Part shown: positions 7,782 to 14,768 of the stretch, piece after piece | How the letters are laid out: each line of letters starts with the position of its first letter | Numbering within the stretch: position 1 is the first letter of the stretch | Source of the DNA: Candidatus Korarchaeum cryptofilum OPF8 | GTDB lineage: Archaea > Korarchaeota > Korarchaeia > Korarchaeales > Korarchaeaceae | Reading direction: 5' to 3' | NCBI RefSeq assembly: GCF_000019605.1 | Contig: NC_010482.1 | Span: 1,020,001-1,052,000, forward strand | Length of the DNA stretch: 32,000 bases | Position numbers and translations under genes: made by a program | Notes under the pieces: generated by a model | What the model was told of the DNA's origin: nothing | The model's database searches: none | What the model saw: only the letters and a program-made list of their open reading frames with translations

Positions 7782-9446
7782 ATGCGTTACCTATGCTTAG
7801 TGGTGTTGTTGCTTCTGATGATCGCTCCCATCATGGCATCGGCCCAGATAAGCTATGAAGTGGAAGATGAGTCGGTGATACTTGAGATAGATGAGTCTGG
7901 GGATGTATTCCTATCTTACAACTTGACGATTCACGTGACCTCCGGGACTATCGCTAGATACGTCGCCATAGGGATGCCTAATTCTAGATTCGACGTATTA
8001 AAGGCTCTAGAGATAAGGAATGGGGAAGCTAAGGAGGTGGAGTATGAGAAAGTCGTTGAGGAATCTTATTATGCTGTGAAAATGCATCCAACAGCTCCAA
8101 TAAATGCGGGGGAGTCTAGAACCTACCATTTGGAGGTAGTGCTCAAGGATTTCATCTACGAGGATTCAACAAATCCAGGGAACGTTGGGCTCAGGTTCAT
8201 ACCATCCTGGTTCGATGCCAGAGTGAGGGCCCTGAGGCTCTGGATAATCCTTCCCCCAGGGGTAGATAATAGTAATAAGGTCAAGAACCAACCGGATTAT
8301 GATAATTTGATAACGCTTGAAGATGGTAGACTGGCCCTTTACTGGGAGAGATACGATCTGCCACCTAGCTACGAGCTTGATGTAGGTGTCTCATTCCCTA
8401 AGGAATATGTAAAATCTTACGTTAAGGGATCTGAAGGTAATGATCTCCTCTCTGCTGTAGCCGGTCTCATATTCTTAGGGGTCCTTGTCTTCTCGATATC
8501 CTTCGTAGTGAGTATAGTGAAGTCCCTCATCGAGAAGTCCGTCTATAAGCCCCCTGAAGTCTCTGTTGAGAGCCTTGGAGTGAATAAGAACTTGAGGCCC
8601 CCTGAGGTCGCTTATCTGAAGAAGTTGGAGGGAAGAGAGATAAGTTACGGGAGGATATTGGCTACTATAGCTCTGGAATTATCGAATAAGGGGCTCATTA
8701 GGGTGAAGAGTGTAGAGCCATTGGATATTGAGAAGTTGAACAACTCCTCCTCACAACTTAGGGCCTACGAGAAGGTCTTCCTCGATTGCTTGAACGGAGG
8801 CACGCCCTCCGAAGATTGTTTAGTGAACGTGATTAAGAGCTTGCATAGTAGGGTCAATAGGGAGATATCAGGCTACTCCAGGCTCGGTACAATAGCTCAT
8901 TATGAGAAGCTCGTCAATTCCATTTGGAAGGAGATATCTCAAGCTCCAATGGAGAAGAGACTAGAGATCCTGAAGGAAAATCTTCCATGGTTACTCACGG
9001 ATGAGAACTTCGAGAGGAATCTGAAGAAGTACTTGAAGGAGGGCTTATCCCCTGATCAAATTTCCCGTCCCATAGGGGGTACCTGGCCATTGGAGGACAC
9101 TTGGATCTGGATCCCCAGGGGAGGCACTATCTACATACCTCTCCCAAGGGAGCCCGCTCGCCCCAGGGATGTCGGAGGACGACCCGAAGCTAGACCCGAA
9201 GTGGAGGCCCCTGTCATAAGTATAGAGAAAGCGGCCGATTCAATAGCCAGATCCATTGAGGGCTTCTCCTCCTCTATCGTGAGGAACATGGAGGATTTCT
9301 CCAACAAGATAGCGAGGACAATAACGCCTGAGAGACCAAGAGGGAGCAGCAAGAGGCATACTCTGTCCTGCGCATGTGTCAGTTGCGCTTGTGCATGCGC
9401 TTGCGTCAGCTGCGCTTGTGCTTGCGCTGGAGGTGGTGTGAGATGA
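7782..9446 (+). CDS. DUF2207-like single-pass membrane protein with a C-terminal Cys/Ala-repeat tail
   Basis: 554 aa. It has a signal-peptide-like N-terminus (MRYLCLVVLLLLMIAPIMASA) and a beta-rich ectodomain with a DUF2207-like pattern. One TM helix follows (aa 222-249, nt 8445-8528), then YKPPEV...RPPEVAYL...GRILATIALELSNKGLI as in DUF2207 proteins. The protein ends ...SCACVSCACACACVSCACACAGGGVR. Confidence 0.8.
   Translation: MRYLCLVVLLLLMIAPIMASAQISYEVEDESVILEIDESGDVFLSYNLTIHVTSGTIARYVAIGMPNSRFDVLKALEIRNGEAKEVEYEKVVEESYYAVKMHPTAPINAGESRTYHLEVVLKDFIYEDSTNPGNVGLRFIPSWFDARVRALRLWIILPPGVDNSNKVKNQPDYDNLITLEDGRLALYWERYDLPPSYELDVGVSFPKEYVKSYVKGSEGNDLLSAVAGLIFLGVLVFSISFVVSIVKSLIEKSVYKPPEVSVESLGVNKNLRPPEVAYLKKLEGREISYGRILATIALELSNKGLIRVKSVEPLDIEKLNNSSSQLRAYEKVFLDCLNGGTPSEDCLVNVIKSLHSRVNREISGYSRLGTIAHYEKLVNSIWKEISQAPMEKRLEILKENLPWLLTDENFERNLKKYLKEGLSPDQISRPIGGTWPLEDTWIWIPRGGTIYIPLPREPARPRDVGGRPEARPEVEAPVISIEKAADSIARSIEGFSSSIVRNMEDFSNKIARTITPERPRGSSKRHTLSCACVSCACACACVSCACACAGGGVR
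9369..9428 (+). repeat. 27-bp tandem repeat (2.2 copies) encoding CACVSCACA-CACVSCACA-CA
   Basis: Unit 1 (9369-9395) is tgcgcatgtgtcagttgcgcttgtgca. Unit 2 (9396-9422) is tgcgcttgcgtcagctgcgcttgtgct. A partial unit tgcgct follows. The units share 23/27 identical bases, and all 4 differences are synonymous third-codon positions. Confidence 0.9.
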
Positions 9447-10753
9447 GCGAGAGAGAGCTATTGATGTTCAATTACGGGGGCCATAAGATTCAGCTTAGGA
9501 TAGATCCTTATGGAATGGGCTCTCTCATTGTAGATGCAAGTAGAGTAGCTTATCTCAATCACACAGCAGCCATTATGATCAAGGCATTCCTCTCAGGAGG
9601 GGATTGGAAGCAAGCAGTTAAAGAACTCAAGAAATATTACAGAGGGATGAGGAAAAGTGAGGTGAGGAGACATTTCGATGAGATAACTGAGAAGATAAGG
9701 ATGTTCATAGATGGTTACGGAGACCCTGTCACGGATCTGGGATTCAAGTATCAGCTCCCCGATGTCACTGTAATGTCCGCTCCTCTCAGAGTAGATCTAA
9801 TCCTCACTTACAGGTGCAATAACGATTGTATCCACTGCTACTCATCGAGCCCCAGGGAAACGGAGGAGCTGAGCACTGAAGATTGGAAAAGAGTTTTGAA
9901 GATATTTCACGGGCTTGGGGTACCTCAAGTCACTTTCACAGGCGGGGAGCCCACCCTGAGGGAGGATCTCGTCGATCTAGTCTCTGAAGCCCAGAAGCTA
10001 GGTATGGTATCCGGGATCGTGACGAATGGGACTTTGCTGAGTGATGATCTCTCTAGGAGATTAGTGGAAGCTGGCTTGGATTACGCTCAAATAACTCTGG
10101 AGTCGAAGGATCCTGAAGTTCATGATTCCATCACCGGGGTTAGGGGGAGCTGGGAGAGGACAGTCAGGGGGATAAAGAACATGGTGAGTACCGGAGTTTA
10201 CGTGAGCGTCAACTCGACCCTCCTGAAGATGAACTCACCGACCATACTGGATACTATCAGATTCGTCGCGGAACTTGGGGTCCACGGCTACTCCCTCAAT
10301 AGAGTCATTTACAGCGGGAGAGCTACTCTCGATATGGAGCCGAGTTTCGAGGAGATGATCAACATAATAACCGAGGCTAAGGAGCTAGCTATAGAGCTAG
10401 ATCTCGATTTCACTTGGTACGGGGTTACGAGGTACTGCGAGATGGATCCAATAAGCATGGGGCTGGGGCTGAAGTTCTGCTCCGCTTGTAGCATCAATCT
10501 CGCTGTAGAACCGGATGGTACTGTTATACCTTGCCAGAGCCACTACTTGAAGCTCGGGAACATACTGAGGGATAGATGGATGGATATATGGTACTCGAAG
10601 GAATGCTTGAGCATAAGGGAGGCAGCTTATATAGGGGATGCCTGTAAGAGCTGCCCCCTGCTCTCTTTCTGCAGGGGAGGATGTCCCTTAGAGGCTGAGG
10701 TGAGGAGCTATCCATTCAAGCCCCCTGAGGTCGAGCCCCATGAACTCCCATGA
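9443..10753 (+). CDS. Radical SAM/SPASM-domain maturase with an N-terminal PqqD-like (RRE-like) domain
   Basis: CNNDCIHC (CX3CX2C, nt 9815-9838) and GGEPTL are present. The SPASM signature is C-SINLAVEPD-G-TVIP-C (CX9GX4C) plus CKSCPLLSFCRGGC (CX2CX5CX3C, nt 10643-10684). I prefer ATG 9443, which gives an ATGA overlap with the upstream stop and has GGAGGTGG at 9429-9436 as SD. The ORF-track start at 9374 lies inside the Cys repeat. Confidence 0.88.
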   Translation: MSERELLMFNYGGHKIQLRIDPYGMGSLIVDASRVAYLNHTAAIMIKAFLSGGDWKQAVKELKKYYRGMRKSEVRRHFDEITEKIRMFIDGYGDPVTDLGFKYQLPDVTVMSAPLRVDLILTYRCNNDCIHCYSSSPRETEELSTEDWKRVLKIFHGLGVPQVTFTGGEPTLREDLVDLVSEAQKLGMVSGIVTNGTLLSDDLSRRLVEAGLDYAQITLESKDPEVHDSITGVRGSWERTVRGIKNMVSTGVYVSVNSTLLKMNSPTILDTIRFVAELGVHGYSLNRVIYSGRATLDMEPSFEEMINIITEAKELAIELDLDFTWYGVTRYCEMDPISMGLGLKFCSACSINLAVEPDGTVIPCQSHYLKLGNILRDRWMDIWYSKECLSIREAAYIGDACKSCPLLSFCRGGCPLEAEVRSYPFKPPEVEPHELP

Positions 10754-11492
10754 GCTCAGATCGATAGCTGGGCTCATAAGGAGGAACTCAGGCAAAGTCG
10801 TAGCTTTCACGGGAGCTGGCATATCGGCCGAAGCTGGGATACCGACTTTCAGGGGGAAGGGAGGGCTCTGGGAGAAGTATGATCCGGAGGAGCTCGCGAC
10901 TCCCCAGGCTTTCTTCAGGGATCCCAAGCTAGTCTGGGATTGGTATTTATGGAGGATGTCCATAATCGCGAGAGCTCGACCGACTCCAGCTCATGAGATA
11001 CTCGCTCTCTGGGAAGATAAGGGCATATTGAAGGGCGTGATAACTCAGAATGTGGATGGCCTCCACCAGAGAGCTGGCTCTAAGAACTTAGTGGAACTTC
11101 ACGGTTCGATTTGGAGGATAAGATGTACTTCTTGCGATAATAAGGTCTACTTGGGCTTCGGGAACCTGCCGGAGAGGGTGCCACCTGAGTGCGATAGATG
11201 CGGCTCCATCATGAGGCCGGATGTAGTCTGGTTCTACGAGCCGCTCCCCAGGGATGAGTGGATGAGAGCTGAAGATATGATCAGATCGGCCAGTTTGTTG
11301 CTTATAATAGGGACCAGCGGGCTCGTGATGCCAGCAGCGACCCTGCCGATGATGGCCCTCCGGAACAACGCTACTTTAGTGGAGATAAATCCTGAGGAAA
11401 CCAATTTAAGTAGCCTCGCTAAGTTCAGGGTGAGGGAGGGGGCTAGCAGGATATTTGTTGACCTTAATGAGATGCTGGAGGGGATCGCTTGA
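10740..11492 (+). CDS. cobB: NAD-dependent protein deacylase, Sir2/CobB family
   Basis: 250 aa. GAGISAEAGIPTFRG, ITQNVDGLHQRAG, ELHGS (catalytic His) and the Zn ribbon CTSC...CDRC are present. The start overlaps the rSAM gene end by 14 nt. Confidence 0.93.
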   Translation: MNSHELRSIAGLIRRNSGKVVAFTGAGISAEAGIPTFRGKGGLWEKYDPEELATPQAFFRDPKLVWDWYLWRMSIIARARPTPAHEILALWEDKGILKGVITQNVDGLHQRAGSKNLVELHGSIWRIRCTSCDNKVYLGFGNLPERVPPECDRCGSIMRPDVVWFYEPLPRDEWMRAEDMIRSASLLLIIGTSGLVMPAATLPMMALRNNATLVEINPEETNLSSLAKFRVREGASRIFVDLNEMLEGIA

Positions 11493-12370
11493 GGATAGTT
11501 AAGTTCGATCGTAAGTTTCTGGAGGATGTTATCTCCATCCACTGCCCCAGGTGGAGGGAGATTCCGTTGAGCATGAGGATAAAGGATTGTGGTTACTGGG
11601 GGGACCCGGAAGTCTTCAGTTGGTATGTGGATGCCCTATTATCAGCGGATGGGAAAATATTGATAGCTCTGAAGGATGATACCTTGATAGGAGAAGCTGA
11701 GATAGTTCCCGAGAGGCTGAAGTGCCCCGTGGGGGATCACGTTTACCTGCAGATGGTCTGGGTTAAGGAGGGGGAGAGGGGTATAGGAGTTGGTAGGAAG
11801 CTAGTTGAGGAATGTAGTAAATTAGCGAGGGATATGGGATTCTATGCTCTCGATACAATACCATATGATGAGGCCATCCCCTTCTTCGAGGCCCTCGGAT
11901 TCTCGGAGATAGAGTCGCAAGTGCTCATGGAAGCGAAGCCCAGACCGGCCCCTGAGCAGCCTAAGATAGAGGAGATAGGAAAGAGGGAACTTCCAGTAGC
12001 TGTCCAGATGTTAGCAGGACAGACAAGACCATCGGCCCTCCTTTGGGAGCTCCTCTGGGGTAGAGAAGCTGTGGGCCTCCCACCCCCTAGGGTCTTCAAG
12101 GTCAGGGTCGGCCTTTGGGAGTTCGTCCTGGGGCTTTTCAGGCCGACAGCTGATGATAACTACCTATATGCTCTGATATGGGGGCCTGAGAGGGCAAATT
12201 TGGGTCAGATTTTCGATTCAGCTGAGATGGCCCTATCGATAGCATACGATATGGGAGCAACTAAAGTGAGGACCCAGACATGGTGCAAATACAGAGGGGC
12301 TTTCGAAGCGGCCGGTTTTGAGGCGATAAAACGCATCAAATGGATGAGGATGAAAATAAAGGAGGATTAG
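11489..12370 (+). CDS. GNAT-family N-acetyltransferase with an extra GNAT-like C-terminal half
   Basis: 293 aa. The acetyl-CoA loop is VWVKEGERGIGVGRKLVEE (R-x-x-G-x-G). The second half (aa ~165-293) ends in a GNAT-like AFEAAGFE segment but has no Q/RxxGxG loop. TTG start overlaps the cobB stop (TTGA at 11489-11492), with SD GGAGGGGA 9 nt upstream. Confidence 0.8.
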   Translation: MRIVKFDRKFLEDVISIHCPRWREIPLSMRIKDCGYWGDPEVFSWYVDALLSADGKILIALKDDTLIGEAEIVPERLKCPVGDHVYLQMVWVKEGERGIGVGRKLVEECSKLARDMGFYALDTIPYDEAIPFFEALGFSEIESQVLMEAKPRPAPEQPKIEEIGKRELPVAVQMLAGQTRPSALLWELLWGREAVGLPPPRVFKVRVGLWEFVLGLFRPTADDNYLYALIWGPERANLGQIFDSAEMALSIAYDMGATKVRTQTWCKYRGAFEAAGFEAIKRIKWMRMKIKED

Positions 12371-13659
12371 CCCCCGAGTTCGGGGCCCACGATATTGCTA
12401 ACCCACCATTGCATCGACCAGAGTTCATCGTGCCCTATCCTCTGACCCGGCAGTACTCTCAGCTTACCCTTGTTATCATATATGGGCCCTGTGAACGGGT
12501 CGAAGGTCTCATCATTCACGTATTTCCATCCATTCCCCGTCCAGATAGCACCCATCTGAGCTAACCTAGCGAAGACCAATGTGTAAACATCGGGATCCTT
12601 CAGCACAGTACCATTAGGCAACTGAACGTCTCCCTTTATCCTCACCGATCTCAGCTCATCGATGAACTTCGGATTCACGGGCTCATTATAAGCACAGCCG
12701 AGCTCAACGGATCCTTCCTTCAGTTTCCACCAGTAATCAACGTTCTCTAAGTTCTCACTAGTGTAGGAGCCCGCATATATCTTCGAGAGTATATCATCAT
12801 ATATGACTTCCCAGTGAGCGATCTGTCCGCTGACGCATACATCCTTCCCGTATTCCTTCATCGGGCTGTAGTGACCAAATGCGAGGACCCTCTCACCTCT
12901 CATGAAGTGCTCCTCTGCCACTTGCACGACCGTAGGAGTATCCTCTGTGAAAGCTAGTACATCTACTCCCTCCGATATCAAGGCCTCTGCAGCCTGCCTC
13001 GCTTTCGTAGGATCTACCCAAGCTCCTATTTCCCTTACATAGACCTTGCAGTCCGGGCATACCTCATTCACTCCTATAGCGAAAGCGTTTATGTGCCTGA
13101 CGACCTCCGGTATGAGGTGAGCAGCTACATACCCTATCTTCTTCGTCTTAGTAAGAGCGCCTGCCATGAGTCCATTCAGATAGTAGGCTTGATAGAACTC
13201 CGTGAAATAAGTTCCCATGTTAGCACTCCTCTTATAACCTGAGCAGTGCCAGAATATGATATCTGGGTGTTTCTTAGCCTCCTCAAGCGTCGGATCCATG
13301 AAATCGAAACTCGTCGTGAATATAACATTATATCCCTGGGATATGAGCTGCTCCATTACACCTGCTGATGCTGCAGGGGTTACGGATTCCACTTGTGTTG
13401 TCTCAAGCCAGTCGTACTTCTTATCTATCATTTCCTTGGCCTGATGATGAGCATGGGACCAGCCGTAATCCCCTATTGGCCCTATGTATATGAATGCCGC
13501 CTTCACCTTTTTCTCCTGGGTGAGAGTCGAGGTCTCCTTCACCGTCTGCGTCACAGTCCGTGTGACCGTTTGCGTGGTCCCCTTGGGGGCTAGGGAGTAT
13601 CCCCCTACGACACCCAGTAACAGGAGGATAAGAGAGATCGCGAGCCACTTATACGACAT
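12367..13659 (-). CDS. BMP-family (PnrA/Med-like) ABC transporter substrate-binding protein, probably nucleoside/purine binding
   Basis: 430 aa. N-terminal anchor helix, then a Thr/Gln-rich linker (TTQTVTRTVTQTVKETSTLTQ), then AAFIYIGPIGDYGWSHAHH typical of COG1744 BMP proteins. It has its own SD (GAGGTGAT) and an AT-rich promoter-like stretch (TTTTTATAAA on the minus strand, 13701-13710). Confidence 0.88.
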   Translation of the reverse strand: MSYKWLAISLILLLLGVVGGYSLAPKGTTQTVTRTVTQTVKETSTLTQEKKVKAAFIYIGPIGDYGWSHAHHQAKEMIDKKYDWLETTQVESVTPAASAGVMEQLISQGYNVIFTTSFDFMDPTLEEAKKHPDIIFWHCSGYKRSANMGTYFTEFYQAYYLNGLMAGALTKTKKIGYVAAHLIPEVVRHINAFAIGVNEVCPDCKVYVREIGAWVDPTKARQAAEALISEGVDVLAFTEDTPTVVQVAEEHFMRGERVLAFGHYSPMKEYGKDVCVSGQIAHWEVIYDDILSKIYAGSYTSENLENVDYWWKLKEGSVELGCAYNEPVNPKFIDELRSVRIKGDVQLPNGTVLKDPDVYTLVFARLAQMGAIWTGNGWKYVNDETFDPFTGPIYDNKGKLRVLPGQRIGHDELWSMQWWVSNIVGPELGG

Positions 13660-13772
13660 AAGATCACCTCATGGGGGGCTAGGCCATGTTACAACATCAT
13701 TTTATAAAAATTTCCCTATGCTTTCAGCTGGGGGCAACGAAAAATTTTTAAGGGTGAAATTCTAAGTTAGCG

Positions 13773-13838
13773 GGCCGCCGTGGGCGGCGGCCTGGGGAGG
13801 CCGGGCTTTTCAAGCCTCATGGGGGGTTGGCCTCCCCA
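13773..13838 (-). terminator. GC-rich double stem-loop directly after the permease stop codon, followed by a T5 run on the transcribed strand
   Basis: Stem A is ggccgccg (13773-13780) paired with cggcggcc (13785-13792), with a 4-nt loop. Stem B is tggggaggcc (13793-13802) paired with ggcctcccca (13829-13838). It encloses a small hairpin, ggctt (13804-13808) with aagcc (13812-13816). The minus-strand T5 corresponds to 13740-13744. A role as terminator, insulator or 3'-end stabiliser is inferred. Confidence 0.45.
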
Positions 13839-13840
13839 TC

Positions 13841-14767
13841 TCACTCCCTCTCATACGGGACCCCGAGGTAGCGGGGTGCCCCCATTCTCCTCCTGAACTT
13901 ACTGGAGGACCCTATCATCAGTATTATGATCGTCAGGAGATAGGGTAAAGCACTCAGGAGCCATTGACTATAGCCAAAGGCTTGCAGAGTGTAGCTGGAT
14001 GCCTCTATTGACCCGAATAAGAAGGATGTCAGTAGAGCTTTAGCCGGATCCCAGAGGGAGAATATGACTAGAGCTATGGCTATCCACCCTCTACCCGCCG
14101 TTATGTTCTCTATCCAGACTGGATTGTAAGATATAGAGAGATAAGCTCCAGCGAGTCCGGATAATGCACCCCCCAGTATAGTTGAAGCGTATCTTACCTT
14201 GGCCACCGATATGCCGGCAGCATCCACAGCTGCCGGATTTCCTCCAGCCGATCTCACTATTATGCCATACCTCGTGCGGAAGAGTATGAACCAGAGGATC
14301 GCTGTGAGGAGGAGGCTCATATAAAACATCGGGTCCTGATCGAATACCGGTTTGCCGATTAGAGGGATCTTATGGAGTGGATCCAGGGGCCTGGGAAGTA
14401 GCCTAACTTCAGGCGGTAGCTGGGCTCCGACGTATTTTCTCCCGATGATGCTGCTTACTCCGAGACCTAGCATCGAGAGAGCGAGTCCTGAAACTACTTG
14501 GTTGGACTTCAGGGTTATGCTGATAAAACAGTGTATTAGAGCGAGTAGTACAGCCGCTAAGAGGCCTGATAGCACGCCTAACCATGGGCTCCCAGTTTGA
14601 ATCGCGACTATGAAAGAGGAAGCTGCTCCTAGGGCCATCATCCCCTCCACGCCCAAGTTAAGTACCCCGGATCTCTCGGCATATATTTCTCCAAGAGCCG
14701 CTAGAAGAAGAGGAACTGCTGACCTGAATCCTATCCAGAGGATGTTCTCCACCATTAATAGCTCCAT
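13841..14767 (-). CDS. ABC transporter permease (BMP/nucleoside-type, COG1079-like)
   Basis: 308-aa polytopic membrane protein adjacent to the second permease and a duplicated ATPase. This matches the composition of BMP-type uptake systems. Confidence 0.88.
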   Translation of the reverse strand: MELLMVENILWIGFRSAVPLLLAALGEIYAERSGVLNLGVEGMMALGAASSFIVAIQTGSPWLGVLSGLLAAVLLALIHCFISITLKSNQVVSGLALSMLGLGVSSIIGRKYVGAQLPPEVRLLPRPLDPLHKIPLIGKPVFDQDPMFYMSLLLTAILWFILFRTRYGIIVRSAGGNPAAVDAAGISVAKVRYASTILGGALSGLAGAYLSISYNPVWIENITAGRGWIAIALVIFSLWDPAKALLTSFLFGSIEASSYTLQAFGYSQWLLSALPYLLTIIILMIGSSSKFRRRMGAPRYLGVPYERE

Positions 14768-14768
14768 T

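Noticed and set aside
9374-9442. The ORF-track start at ATG 9374 would give the rSAM enzyme a 23-aa Cys/Arg/Leu-rich N-terminal extension (MCQLRLCMRLRQLRLCLRWRWCE).
   Set aside because: This stretch is the +2 frame of the 27-bp Cys/Ala repeat, so its composition is a by-product of the repeat. ATG 9443 has a strong SD (GGAGGTGG) and an ATGA stop/start overlap, and the recognisable domain begins right after it. Overprinting cannot be excluded but is not supported.
597-10753. MEMO-like protein (597-1454) and the radical SAM gene (9443-10753) considered as parts of one AmmeMemoRadiSam system.
   Set aside because: The genes are 8 kb apart in different operons, and no AMMECR1 gene is present. The rSAM here is a SPASM/RRE-type maturase, not the smaller activase-like AmmeMemoRadiSam partner.
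10740-11492. Sir2-domain gene considered as part of an anti-phage system (Thoeris/DSR/SIR2-HerA-like NADase).
   Set aside because: It is a compact 250-aa sirtuin with the full catalytic and Zn-ribbon motifs of CobB-type deacylases. It has no fused sensor or effector domain and no HerA/TIR/pAgo partner. Its partner is a GNAT, which fits protein acylation control.
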